DNA of 64,000 nucleotides from Gemmatimonadota bacterium (GTDB taxonomy: Bacteria; Gemmatimonadota; Gemmatimonadetes; Gemmatimonadales; Gemmatimonadaceae). The position numbers and the translations under genes were made by a program. Location: contig PMAE01000041.1 in assembly GCA_003152485.1 (NCBI GenBank), forward strand, positions 20,235-84,234, read 5' to 3'. This document shows, one piece after another, positions 44,746-54,131 of this stretch. Positions within the stretch are counted from its first letter, which is position 1, and every line of letters begins with the position of its first letter. Under the pieces are notes generated by a model. It saw nothing but the letters and a program-made list of their open reading frames with translations, was not told the origin of the DNA and made no database searches.

Positions 44746-46119
44746 CTAGGCGGCCGATGACCGAGTGAGCCCGTGCCGCCGCATGATCTTCAACAAGCTG
44801 GCGTGGTCGGCGAGCTCGAGATCCTGCGCCGCACGCGTGACGTGCCAATCGTGGCGGTCGAGCGCAGCGATGATGATCTGCCGCTCGGCTTCGGCTTTCC
44901 GCTCGAGAAAGGTGCGCCCGATCGATGCCGGCGCAGCGACCCGAGACGCGCCCTCGTCTCGGACCTCGAGCGGTACGTGCTCCGGACCGATCGTGTCGCC
45001 ATCCGACGCGATCACCATCCGCTCCACCACATTGCGTAGCTCACGGACATTGTTCTGGCGCCAGTCGTACGCCATGAGCAGTGGGAGGACCGACGTACCC
45101 AGTCGCTTCGGGCGGCACCGGAACCGATCACACGTCGTCGCCAGCAGTCGTGCCACCAGGTCCGGCAGATCGGAGAGCCGGTCGCGCAGCGGCGGGACGC
45201 GCAGGATGTGTACGTTGAGCCGGAAGTAGAGATCCTTCCGGAATCGGTCGGAGCGCACGTCCGCGTCCAGATCCCGATTCGTCGCCGCGACAACGCGCGC
45301 GGGAACGGCGACACCGCGGGTGCTACCCAGCCGAACCACGACGCGTTCCTCCAGCACGCGCAGAAGCTTGGCCTGCGCCGCCAACGGCAGGTCGCCGATC
45401 TCGTCGAGAAAGAGGGTACCCCGCCCCGCGCTCTCGAAGGCGCCCTTTCGCTGCGCGATCGCTCCGGAAAACGCGCCCCGCTCGTGACCAAACAACTCGC
45501 TCTCCACCAGATGCTCCGGCAGCGCGGCGCAGTTGACGGCCACGAACGGTTCTCGGGGATTGGCCCCTAGCCGGTGTACCTCACGTGCGACGAGTTCCTT
45601 GCCCGAGCCGCTTTCGCCCATGATGAGCACCGCGCTCGGGATCGGCGCCACACGCGCGATGGCATCCTTGAAGGCACGCATGGCCGGGCTCGACCCGAGG
45701 AGCGCGCTCTCGTCGTCCGCGTACCGGCGCAGCATCGCGATCTCATCCAGCATCCGCCGCCGCTCGATGGCCAACTCGATCTCCCGGGCGACCCGCTCGA
45801 CAGGCTCTTCCTTGTCGATGAACGCCGACGCGCCACGCCGAATGGCATCCGCGCACCGGTCGTAGCTGCCGGTGCCCGTGTACACGATGACCGGAACCGC
45901 CAGGCCACGCTCCCGCATCGCCTGCAGGACGCCGAATCCGTCCATGCCAGGCATCTCGAGATCGAGCACGACGCAGTCGACGGCGTCTCGACTCAGCACG
46001 TCGAGCGCCGCGGCCCCCGAACCGACGACTTGGACTTGGTGGTCGCCCAGGCGCCGGAGATCATAGGCGTACTGTTCGGCCACCAGGATGTTGTCGTCAC
46101 ACACGAGAATGGTAGACAT
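44746..46119 (-). CDS. sigma54-dependent response regulator (NtrC family)
   Basis: REC (ILVCDDN...VLDLEMPGMDG), Walker A GESGSGKE, the GAFSGA loop and a C-terminal HTH. Confidence 0.92.
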   Translation of the reverse strand: MSTILVCDDNILVAEQYAYDLRRLGDHQVQVVGSGAAALDVLSRDAVDCVVLDLEMPGMDGFGVLQAMRERGLAVPVIVYTGTGSYDRCADAIRRGASAFIDKEEPVERVAREIELAIERRRMLDEIAMLRRYADDESALLGSSPAMRAFKDAIARVAPIPSAVLIMGESGSGKELVAREVHRLGANPREPFVAVNCAALPEHLVESELFGHERGAFSGAIAQRKGAFESAGRGTLFLDEIGDLPLAAQAKLLRVLEERVVVRLGSTRGVAVPARVVAATNRDLDADVRSDRFRKDLYFRLNVHILRVPPLRDRLSDLPDLVARLLATTCDRFRCRPKRLGTSVLPLLMAYDWRQNNVRELRNVVERMVIASDGDTIGPEHVPLEVRDEGASRVAAPASIGRTFLERKAEAERQIIIAALDRHDWHVTRAAQDLELADHASLLKIMRRHGLTRSSAA

Positions 46120-46128
46120 GATCGATCC

Positions 46129-47886
46129 TCAGGATGGGCGCGTCTGGAGAGGTGTCGCTGTGGACGTGCTCGGACCGGCAAGCGTGACGATGACCCGCGT
46201 CCCGGTACCGGGTGCTGTCTCCACTCGAAGCTCACCATGGATGTCGCGAACCAGACGACTCACGATGGAGAGTCCGAGACCGGTGCCGGTGGGCTTCGTG
46301 GTGTAGAAGTCGTTGAACGCCATACGGAGCTCGTCAGAAGTCATCCCACATCCGCCGTCGGCGACCGTGACGCGGACCCCGCCCTGCAGCGATTCGGTCG
46401 TGATCATCACCGCATCGGACCGCTGACCGGCCGCCTCGCAGGCGTTCGCGACGAGATTCTCCAGGATACGGCGCACGACAAGCGCGTCCACAGCCATCGC
46501 GGGGACCGCGGCGTCGAGGTGGAGCGCGATGGACGCGCCAATATTGGAAGATCCGTCTGCGTCAGACCTGGTGTAGCCAGCCGCCACTGCGTGCGCCACG
46601 GCGTTGACATCGCACGGACCGACGTCGAGCGGCGGACTGAGGCGCGCGTAGGTCCGTGCGAGTTCGTCGAGATAGGCGATGCTCGCGTCGAGCGTGGGGC
46701 GGCGCTGTGCGAAGACGGTCGCCAGCCGGTCCGGCTGCGTGTGCTGGACCTCTGTGAGATGGCGGACGACGTGACGGATCGGCACGAGGCCGTTCTTCAC
46801 GTCGTGGGTCACCTGCCGTGCGAGGTCGCCAACGGTTGCGCGCCGTTCGGCATCACGCAATCCCGTCGCGTTCGTGCGGAGTCGGCGCACCATGGCGGCC
46901 AGGACTCGAGAGAGCGCCCCAATCTCATCGTCACGATCATTAGGGAAGTCGCCGGCCGGCGCCTCGAGATTGACTCGCGTGGATTGCTCGGCGAGCGACC
47001 GCAAGGGGCGCGAGATGCGATCGGCCAACCAGTTGGCCGTGAGCAGCGCCGCGGCAGCGGCCAGGCCGACGGATGCGAAGCACCACCAGACTATCGCGGC
47101 GCGCAATGCGTGGAGCCCGGTCAATGATTGCGTAACCTCGAAGCGGGCAGACGCGACAGCACGGCCGCCTCCCGCTGCGGCGGTAATCACCGGGAAGGGA
47201 AATGATGCGACGATCGCGGTACGAGGCGACACGGGTGATGGCCCCGTCGCGATCGTGGCGGGTGCTCCAGCCATACCGCTGGGCACGATGAGGGCCACCG
47301 AGAGCTCGCTGTCGGCTACCAGATGGCCGAGTAATCGCGGGCTGGCCTCGATCCCGCCGACGAGCGCGAAGCGTCGGCCTCCAAGTCGCAAAGAATCAAC
47401 ACCCGCGAGGATCAGCATCGCGCCGTCTGGCGTCCGAGCCGACACCAGGGCGGTGCCGCCTGGCGCGGACACGAGCAGTGGGACGAGATCGGGCTCCATT
47501 CGATCGAATTCGTTTCGATAGTGGCCCGAGCTCAGGATCCGGCCGCTGTCGTTGTCGATCTGGAGCATCGCGAGGCCTGAGAGCCGCATGGCATGTACGG
47601 CGTAGTCGAGGAGATAGCGTCGCTCGGACGGTGCGTCCTGGACCGCAGCAAGCCGAAATCGATCGTCGTCAACGACGCCGTCGCGCACCGACGCCAACCG
47701 GGCCGCGACGGTCGAGCCAGCGCTCGCCAAGTCGCCACGGGTCCGTGCGGCGAGTCCAGTGACGCGGCGCTGATAGGCAGCGGTGAGCTGTCGGTCTACC
47801 TCGTGCCCGATGCCAACGCCCAAGACGACCAACGGCACGACCGCGGTCGTCGCAAAGGCGACAAAGAGGCGAGTCCGGAATGTCAT
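46129..47886 (-). CDS. sensor histidine kinase (periplasmic sensor - HAMP - HisKA - HATPase_c)
   Basis: Two TM segments flank a ~270-aa sensor. H-box ARQVTHDVKNGLVPI. G boxes TVADGGCGM and GTGLGLSIV. Confidence 0.88.
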   Translation of the reverse strand: MTFRTRLFVAFATTAVVPLVVLGVGIGHEVDRQLTAAYQRRVTGLAARTRGDLASAGSTVAARLASVRDGVVDDDRFRLAAVQDAPSERRYLLDYAVHAMRLSGLAMLQIDNDSGRILSSGHYRNEFDRMEPDLVPLLVSAPGGTALVSARTPDGAMLILAGVDSLRLGGRRFALVGGIEASPRLLGHLVADSELSVALIVPSGMAGAPATIATGPSPVSPRTAIVASFPFPVITAAAGGGRAVASARFEVTQSLTGLHALRAAIVWWCFASVGLAAAAALLTANWLADRISRPLRSLAEQSTRVNLEAPAGDFPNDRDDEIGALSRVLAAMVRRLRTNATGLRDAERRATVGDLARQVTHDVKNGLVPIRHVVRHLTEVQHTQPDRLATVFAQRRPTLDASIAYLDELARTYARLSPPLDVGPCDVNAVAHAVAAGYTRSDADGSSNIGASIALHLDAAVPAMAVDALVVRRILENLVANACEAAGQRSDAVMITTESLQGGVRVTVADGGCGMTSDELRMAFNDFYTTKPTGTGLGLSIVSRLVRDIHGELRVETAPGTGTRVIVTLAGPSTSTATPLQTRPS

Positions 47887-49046
47887 GGGCCGTGCCCCCG
47901 CATCTGGGCGAGCGACGCACTGTCACCTCCAGCCCCGATCCACGCAACCGCGTTGCGGCTCACGATTGCCCGTGCGCGGGTCTCGATCAACGGGACGATG
48001 TCGCCTGTCCGACCATCGGCGGGGAGGGGCAGCCACGGGACCGCGTCCGCGAGCAGCCGTTCGTCTCGACATGACGGCGCCATTCGCGACGGAACCGCGA
48101 CGACATATGCGGCCGCTGTACCTGCGGCGAGCGCACGCGTGAATTGGTCTGCGGGCACGCCGACGACGTGCATCTCGTGGGCCATCGGGTCAAGCCCCGG
48201 TGCGAGCGCGGAGAGTGACCGACTGCCGGTCGCGGCGAGAACAGCAACGCGCTCAGCGAGTGCGCGCCCCACGGCGTCGCCACGCGGGTAGAGGATGCTC
48301 GTCACCGCGGGCGACGCCGCCGGCGACACCGCACGCGATTCCGCAGGCCGCGCCCCGGACGATCCTTCGGACACGACATGCGAGCCGGCCTCCGGCCGCG
48401 ACAGCAGCGCCGAGTCCTCCCGACAGGGCGTGCGTGCCATCCACCAAGGCGTCGACGCAAACGGCCGTGATTCGGCTGGCACCGCGTCGCTCGCGAGTTC
48501 TGACCGTAATGTGATACCCGATGAGTCCGACGGAGGCGCGGCGGCAGCCGATATCGTCCCGGGCACGAGAAGCAGGTATGCGCGGTCCCAGGAGAGGGGG
48601 ATCGATATCAGATCGCCACGGGTCGCCGCATACGCGATCACCGCCACATCGCGCGTCACGAGCACGTCGACTCCCAGGTCGAGCGCATCACGTGCGTCTC
48701 GCTCGACGACCTGACGGACGTCGAACGACGTGTCCGGTGCGGGGCTCTGACCACCGTACGAGGCGGTCGCGCGATTGTCGCACTGCGTCGGCCGTAGCGC
48801 CGCGGCGACCTGATCGAGCACGCGCGACGCAAGGCCGACACGCATTTCGGCCGTCACGCCGGAATCCGTCGGGGCAGCGATCGCAACGACGATCCGGCCA
48901 GTCTGGCTCGCTGCTGCTGCACACGAATCGCCCCGTGCGCTACGCGTCAGTGCCAACGGCGACCGGACCCCTGTCCTACCGCACGCCACGATCCCAGTGA
49001 CCACCGCGCAGCCGCCCAAACGAGCCAACCGATCGACCCAATCCAT
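47883..49046 (-). CDS. lipoprotein, solute-binding-protein-like, first gene of the TCS2 operon
   Basis: Lipobox GIVACG. The stop overlaps the kinase ATG (ATGA at 47883..47886). No confident domain call. Confidence 0.6.
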   Translation of the reverse strand: MDWVDRLARLGGCAVVTGIVACGRTGVRSPLALTRSARGDSCAAAASQTGRIVVAIAAPTDSGVTAEMRVGLASRVLDQVAAALRPTQCDNRATASYGGQSPAPDTSFDVRQVVERDARDALDLGVDVLVTRDVAVIAYAATRGDLISIPLSWDRAYLLLVPGTISAAAAPPSDSSGITLRSELASDAVPAESRPFASTPWWMARTPCREDSALLSRPEAGSHVVSEGSSGARPAESRAVSPAASPAVTSILYPRGDAVGRALAERVAVLAATGSRSLSALAPGLDPMAHEMHVVGVPADQFTRALAAGTAAAYVVAVPSRMAPSCRDERLLADAVPWLPLPADGRTGDIVPLIETRARAIVSRNAVAWIGAGGDSASLAQMRGHGP

Positions 49047-49264
49047 GATTGCCGGCGCTAGGCGGCCGCCGGGCGAGGGGATTCGCGGCTACTCGCGATC
49101 CTGCCTGCGCCCGCGGCGTCTGCGCCCTCCTCGTGGGTCGTACCCCGAATGGCTGAGTTCGGGATTACGGCCGGATTAGGACTGCATGATCAGTCGATTG
49201 TTCGCGCGGAGTCGCCATGCGGACGGGCTGAGCGATCCGACGGCCGTCGGGGTCGCCAACAGAA

Positions 49265-49280
49265 CGGCTCGCCCGTTGCA
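49265..49280 (+). promoter_or_regulatory. candidate sigma54 promoter upstream of the small Met-rich protein gene
   Basis: CGGCTC-GCCCG-TTGCA against TGGCAC-N5-TTGCW. It lies 176 nt upstream of ATG 49456, and a second weaker match lies at 49389..49404. Confidence 0.35.
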
Positions 49281-49455
49281 TAGCCTTTCCTACACAATGG
49301 CGACTCCGTTCAATCGTGCCCGGCGTATTCTCTCGCTGCCGATCTCGCTTCTTAGCGAACTGATCTGCTGGAGTTCGAGGGAACCCACGGGCACAATTCC
49401 GGCGTACTAGTCGCGGGTATCATCACGTTACTGAACGCACCTGAGGAGGTACTAC

Positions 49456-49839
49456 ATGCTTCGAAAGGTTTCTACCGTCGCTGTACTGGCTGGCGTCTTC
49501 ACGTTGGGCGCTGTCTACTCGGCGCACGCCTCCACCACGAGTGGCGCGGCCCCAATCCGCGGCATGGCGGCTGACAGCGTCACGGGCTGCCTACAAAAGG
49601 GCAACCGCAAAGACATGTACTCGGTCACTGATGCCTCTGGCAAAAAGCACTGGGTATCGAGCACGTCGGTGCCCCTCGATAAGCACGTCGGACATACGGT
49701 GACGCTGACCGGAACCACAGCGGCGAACGACAACAAGATGACGACCGATACCGGCATGAAAATGTCTGGTGACAAGATGACAATGACGGGACCGATGACA
49801 GTCACCGCCTTGAGCATGGTGAGCCCGACCTGTAAGTAA
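49456..49839 (+). CDS. small secreted Met-rich protein
   Basis: GAGGAGG lies 6 nt upstream of the ATG. Signal peptide ...AVYSAHAS. C-terminal tract MTTDTGMKMSGDKMTMTGPM and two Cys residues. GC is lower than in the flanks. Confidence 0.7.
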   Translation: MLRKVSTVAVLAGVFTLGAVYSAHASTTSGAAPIRGMAADSVTGCLQKGNRKDMYSVTDASGKKHWVSSTSVPLDKHVGHTVTLTGTTAANDNKMTTDTGMKMSGDKMTMTGPMTVTALSMVSPTCK

Positions 49840-49858
49840 TGACCGTTCGACGATCGCG

Positions 49859-49896
49859 ATGAGGGTCGGCTGCGGAAGCTTGCAACCGACCCTCAT
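49859..49896 (+). terminator. long hairpin after the small secreted protein gene
   Basis: ATGAGGGTCGG...CCGACCCTCAT forms an 11-bp perfect stem, extendable with one mismatch. There is no T tract. Confidence 0.45.
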
Positions 49897-50038
49897 GCGT
49901 TGGCCACGCTGTCGCCAACCGCCCCGATCGGCCCGCCGCATCCCGCCGGGCTCGACCGGATCACCCGAATGCCGCCCCGTACCCGTAGTACGTAGATTGC
50001 ATCGTTCCGAGCCGACCCCGTCCCGAAAGGAGCACCGC

Positions 50039-50533
50039 GTGGCCACCACCCGACCCGATGAAGCCGCCCTTCGAAAGCAGCTCGTGCAAGGCCTCCAAGA
50101 GGACCTGGCCCGCGAGTACAAGGCGCTGATCCAGTACATCATCTTCAGCCAGAAGCTCGACAAGGCGCAGTACATGAACATCGCCGACCAGCTCAAGGAG
50201 CACGCGCACCAAGAGCTCGACCACGCGTTAGCGGTCGCGCGGCAGCTCGACTACCTGGGCGTGTATCCAGTGCACACGCCGAAGCCGATCGAAGTCTCGG
50301 AAGACAACGAGGAGATGTTGTGGGCGGATCTCCGAGGCGAGGATGATACGATCAACAACTACCGTGAGCGCATCCGCCAGGCTGAAGCGCTCGGTGAGAT
50401 CGCGCTTGCTGAGATCTTGAAAGGGATTATCACGCAGGAGCAGGACCACCAGATCGACCTCGCGACCGCACTCGGTGTGGTCCCCGATTCCCGCCTCCGT
50501 CCAGAGAAGGACGACAAGAAGGGAAAGAAGTAG
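50039..50533 (+). CDS. ferritin-like (bacterioferritin-family) protein
   Basis: GTG 50039 is preceded by AAGGAG. Di-iron-type helices with EYKALIQY, HAHQELDHA and QEQDH. Confidence 0.8.
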   Translation: MATTRPDEAALRKQLVQGLQEDLAREYKALIQYIIFSQKLDKAQYMNIADQLKEHAHQELDHALAVARQLDYLGVYPVHTPKPIEVSEDNEEMLWADLRGEDDTINNYRERIRQAEALGEIALAEILKGIITQEQDHQIDLATALGVVPDSRLRPEKDDKKGKK

Positions 50534-50555
50534 GTCGTGGTGGTACGGGAGTGCA

Positions 50556-50596
50556 AACGCCGGCTGCGTGACACCGCAGCCGGCGTTCGTTCTTTC
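50556..50596. terminator. intrinsic terminator between convergent genes
   Basis: AACGCCGGCTGCG-TGACAC-CGCAGCCGGCGTT followed by CGTTCTTTC. Confidence 0.75.
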
Positions 50597-50607
50597 AGGC
50601 GCACTGG

Positions 50608-51477
50608 TTAGCCGCTGCCGATGGCCGCTCGTTCGAGCAATATGTACCCCGCCATCCGACGGTACTGCTCGCGCTGTTTTTTCGGCGACAGTCGTGCCAT
50701 CAACCGCCAGACCCACGCGATGCGCATCTCGCGGTGCAGCCGATGGGCTTCTTCGAGCGACGAGCGGAACGTGACTTCACGCCAGCCGAAGGGCACAAAG
50801 AATTGCGTGCCATCGGCGGGCCCGAAACGGAAGGGGGCGTTGCCGGCGTGTAGCGCCGGTCCCCACCGTCGTTGCAACATCTTTAAGAGACGCGGGCTCG
50901 CCAAATCACTCGTCCACCACCGAAAGCTCCCCACGCTGTACAGATCGCGCGCGAGCTCGCTGACCTGTTCCGGCGTGAGATAGATCAGTAACCCTTCCGT
51001 CACGACCAGTGCTCGCTGTGACTCGGCGCCGAGGCGCGTCAACAGCGCCATCCGCGCCGTGGAGTCCGTGAGATCCGTGGTGATCGCCTCGTAGCGGCAT
51101 ACCGGGTGCTCGCCCTGGAGCATTTCGGTCTTGTAGTTGAGGATCGCGGGCAGATCGACATCCACCCACCGCAGCGTGGGTGGCAGTGGCAGTCGCCACG
51201 CCCGAGCATCGAGACCAGCCGCCAAATTCACGACCAGGTCCACATTCTGGCGAGCAATCGTCTCGAGGATGGTCTCATCGAGCACCGCCGTGCGCACGAT
51301 CATCGCCCACGCCGTGGCCCGACCGCCGGGCATCGTATCCACGATCTGCGCTCCGCGGTCGCCCGCCAGCCGCCGCGCGTACGGGTCACGAAACAAGGCG
51401 TCCGGCCGGTCGGTCTCCATCGCGCGGTACATCGCCACCCAGCGCGCCGTGTCCGAGATGTGCTCGATGATCGCCAT
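50608..51477 (-). CDS. class I SAM-dependent O-methyltransferase (LCMT / TIGR00027-type)
   Basis: ATG 51477. SDTARWVAMYRA..., VVNLAAGLDAR and TEGLLIYL motifs. Confidence 0.85.
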   Translation of the reverse strand: MAIIEHISDTARWVAMYRAMETDRPDALFRDPYARRLAGDRGAQIVDTMPGGRATAWAMIVRTAVLDETILETIARQNVDLVVNLAAGLDARAWRLPLPPTLRWVDVDLPAILNYKTEMLQGEHPVCRYEAITTDLTDSTARMALLTRLGAESQRALVVTEGLLIYLTPEQVSELARDLYSVGSFRWWTSDLASPRLLKMLQRRWGPALHAGNAPFRFGPADGTQFFVPFGWREVTFRSSLEEAHRLHREMRIAWVWRLMARLSPKKQREQYRRMAGYILLERAAIGSG

Positions 51478-51682
51478 CAGAGTTGCCCCCCACACATGGT
51501 CGGGATTGGGCCTGTCGAGCGACTGGTGGCGCGGTAGTTCGTACGGGGGGTCTCGCGAGCGCGTCCCATACGTGATGCGGGCACCGGTCGCCGCATCAAT
51601 TGTCGCTGCCGAGGCCGCGCTCCGGTAGATCCACCCATTTCGACCCACCGCCGTCGCCGCGACCTGCGTGGTACCGAACCCA

Positions 51683-52156
51683 TCAGGGTAGGCGAAGTTT
51701 GCGTGCAGTCGACGCCTCGGCGAAGCGCTCGAAATGGCGGAGGTTCCAAGTGTAGATGATGTCGGCATCCGATTTGGCGGCCGCCGCGAGGATTAGGGCG
51801 TCGTAGACTTGACCGGTCGTTGCGCTCCGCGCAGCAGCCGTCAGTACCGCTTGCAATTGTTCCTCGGCCGAAAGCGCGACCGTGTGTAGCGATTGCGCAC
51901 GATGTCGGACCGCGGCCGCAGCGTCGGCCGGGTGAATTCGCGGGACTATTGGGAGCGCGGTCAGCGTCGCGTACAACTCGGCCAGCGAATGCGCGGCACA
52001 GAAGCCAGTTCTCGGACCGAGTGCGGAGAGTACGGCACTCGAGCGATCATGGTGTGGATGCGCGCGAACTGCGGCGGCTACCAGCACCGTCGTATCCACG
52101 AACACCGAGTGGTGCGATGCGGCGGCCGTCGCGCCCCGCCGCTTGGTGCTTACCAT
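51683..52156 (-). CDS. vapC: PIN-domain toxin (VapC-like)
   Basis: VFVDTTVLV (first acidic residue)...DALILAAAAKSDADIIYTWNLRHF. Its start overlaps the antitoxin gene by 7 nt. Confidence 0.8.
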   Translation of the reverse strand: MVSTKRRGATAAASHHSVFVDTTVLVAAAVRAHPHHDRSSAVLSALGPRTGFCAAHSLAELYATLTALPIVPRIHPADAAAAVRHRAQSLHTVALSAEEQLQAVLTAAARSATTGQVYDALILAAAAKSDADIIYTWNLRHFERFAEASTARKLRLP

Positions 52157-52413
52157 CCCGTCCGCGTACGCGCTGCGCGCACCGCATCAACGGCGCCCAC
52201 GATGTCGAAGTCGGGCGGCAGGTCGCCGTCAAAGGAAATGCCACCGTCCGCGTCTCGTCTAACTGCAGTATGCATCGACTGAAGCCTGAGCCGGAGCTCA
52301 TCCCCACCCTCGATTAACTCCAGGGGTTCGCCCGGCCAAAGGCCGTATCGCTCGCGCACCGCCTTCGGAATGACAAGCCTGCCGGCGCGGTCAACATATA
52401 GAACATGTGGCAT
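52150..52413 (-). CDS. vapB: AbrB/SpoVT-type antitoxin (VapB-like)
   Basis: ATG 52413. GRLVIPKAVRERYGLWPGEPLEL is a swapped-hairpin motif. Confidence 0.75.
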   Translation of the reverse strand: MPHVLYVDRAGRLVIPKAVRERYGLWPGEPLELIEGGDELRLRLQSMHTAVRRDADGGISFDGDLPPDFDIVGAVDAVRAARTRTGW

Positions 52414-52448
52414 AATACCATAATCTAATGGCATTATGCCATTATGCA
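52409..52448. promoter_or_regulatory. AT-rich inverted/direct repeats at the vapB start (candidate operator)
   Basis: GGCATAAT at 52409, its inverse ATTATGCC at 52433, and ATTATGCA at 52441. Confidence 0.4.
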
Positions 52449-52635
52449 ATGCCATCCATTTCTGTGGGACACGCCAGGATTGGCGCTCGTGGGTGGTCGC
52501 ATGAGGCGATTAATGGTGTCCCCACATCAGCCCGGCGACGACTCCACCGCTGGTGTCCACACCCACGGCACAGCCTCGGCACAGCCCCTCCCACCGGCCG
52601 GCCCTGCTCCATAGACTACGCGGCGGATCCGGCGA

Positions 52636-53184
52636 TTGGCCGGAGCACTCACCGGAGGCCGATTGGCCGCTCCCGTCCGAGACGGTCTGCTCGACCGCTG
52701 GTATCCGCGGCTCCTCCGGTTCGCACGGGCGAGGCTCGGCGACACGCACGATGCCGAGGATGTCGTGCAGGAGGCGTTCGCCCGCCTCGCTCAACTCCCG
52801 GATGCTCCCCCTCGACACACTCTCGCGTGGCTCGTCACCGTCACCCGGAACCTCGTCCGAGACCGTGAGCGACATCGAGCTGTGGAAGATCGAGCCCGCG
52901 ATTCGTTCTCCGTCACCGATGCGCCGCAGTCGAATAACCCGGAGGACGAGTTCCTCGCCACCGAGCGGGCCGCGACCGTGCACCGGACGCTCGACGCACT
53001 CTCGCCGCGCGACCGATCGCTCCTCCTGCTGCACCACGATGATGTGCCATACGCAGAGATTGCTATTCGGCTCGGCGTTTCCGCTGGGTCGGTTGGTCCC
53101 CTCCTGACCCGGGCCCACCGCCGATTTCTGCGCGAATATCATTCGCGACGCGGGGTCGGGGGCTCAGATCTCGAAACCCTATAG
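52636..53184 (+). CDS. ECF-type sigma-70 family sigma factor
   Basis: Region 2 (DAEDVVQEAFARL...LVTVTRNLVRD) and region 4 (VPYAEIAIRLGVSAGSVGPLLTRAHRRF). The TTG start is uncertain. No anti-sigma gene follows. Confidence 0.75.
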   Translation: MAGALTGGRLAAPVRDGLLDRWYPRLLRFARARLGDTHDAEDVVQEAFARLAQLPDAPPRHTLAWLVTVTRNLVRDRERHRAVEDRARDSFSVTDAPQSNNPEDEFLATERAATVHRTLDALSPRDRSLLLLHHDDVPYAEIAIRLGVSAGSVGPLLTRAHRRFLREYHSRRGVGGSDLETL

Positions 53185-53284
53185 CGAATACTGGAATAAA
53201 TCGGGGATCTCGAGATTCGGGCCTGATCCAGGACTGCCCATGAGCATGTAGCCCAGATCTCGCTCCGAGCCATCGGGCCCGGTA

Positions 53285-53524
53285 TCAGCGCTCTGCACGC
53301 ACGATGTCGGACCGGCCGCACAGCACGCATTGGAGCGTCGTGCCCAAGTGGCCGACCCGGCCAACGTCAGTAGTCACCCACTCGCGGACCTGCCACGGCG
53401 GATCGTGACGGACGTGCTGCGTATGCCCGCAGTCGAGGTCCGCAACCCAGTCACCGTCGGAATCCTGATGGAAGCCGACGACGACCCGGGGGACCGACGG
53501 TCCGGCCGCTGGATCCGGACGCAT
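53285..53524 (-). CDS. DUF3565 domain protein
   Basis: VVGFHQDSDGDWVADLDCGHTQHVRHDPPWQVREWV...LQCVLC matches the DUF3565 pattern. Confidence 0.7.
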   Translation of the reverse strand: MRPDPAAGPSVPRVVVGFHQDSDGDWVADLDCGHTQHVRHDPPWQVREWVTTDVGRVGHLGTTLQCVLCGRSDIVRAER

Positions 53525-53626
53525 GCGTGGTCGGTCAGCGGTACGAAGGAGCAGTCGAGGGACCCTTGATGGTCACTGACGCCGCGCGCCGCGCACGCGG
53601 GTCGCGCACGCGCGTCGCGTAGCGGA

Positions 53627-53848
53627 TCATCGCCGCCAGCTGAGCGCTTCTAATTCCTTCGCGGTCAGCAGCCGCCAATTGTCCGGATAATGCACGACCC
53701 GACGCATGGCGGATGCCGACATGAACACCAGTGTGCTGCCAGCCTCCGCCTCGTGTTCCGTCACCTGCCATTCGAGGCCCGCCACGTCGTCAAACGTCCG
53801 CGCTGGAGGCGCCGCAACCCGACGCCCGCGCGATATACCGCCGTCCAT
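53627..53848 (-). CDS. small hypothetical protein
   Basis: 73-aa ORF with reasonable composition and no recognised domain. Confidence 0.4.
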   Translation of the reverse strand: MDGGISRGRRVAAPPARTFDDVAGLEWQVTEHEAEAGSTLVFMSASAMRRVVHYPDNWRLLTAKELEALSWRR

Positions 53849-54131
53849 AAGTATCCTGAGTCAGCCCGGTTCGACGGCGTCGCTGAGTCCCAACGCCATT
53901 GCCACAAAATAGGAGGTGCTGTCGCAAATCCCGCGCCTGGACTATTCCGGGCGGCCGATCCTGTCCCGTCCACCCAACCCTCCGGGTGCCAAGTCGCCAG
54001 GAAGCCAGATCTGGCGCATCGGATCGGCGCGCCCGGACCGCGGGGCCCCAGGCGAAGCCCCCGCAGAACGCCGACAATCCTGCAATATTCAGCGTTCTTC
54101 CTTATAGTATGCGACGGCTGGCAATCACGAT

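Noticed and set aside
45574-47127. 517-aa plus-strand ORF
   Set aside because: It lies antisense to the second regulator and kinase genes and has no recognisable domain.
49389-49404. Second -24/-12-like box GGGCAC-AATTC-CGGCG, 52 nt upstream of the small secreted protein gene
   Set aside because: The -24 half is good but the -12 half is poor (no TTGC). It is kept only as an alternative to the 49265..49280 match.
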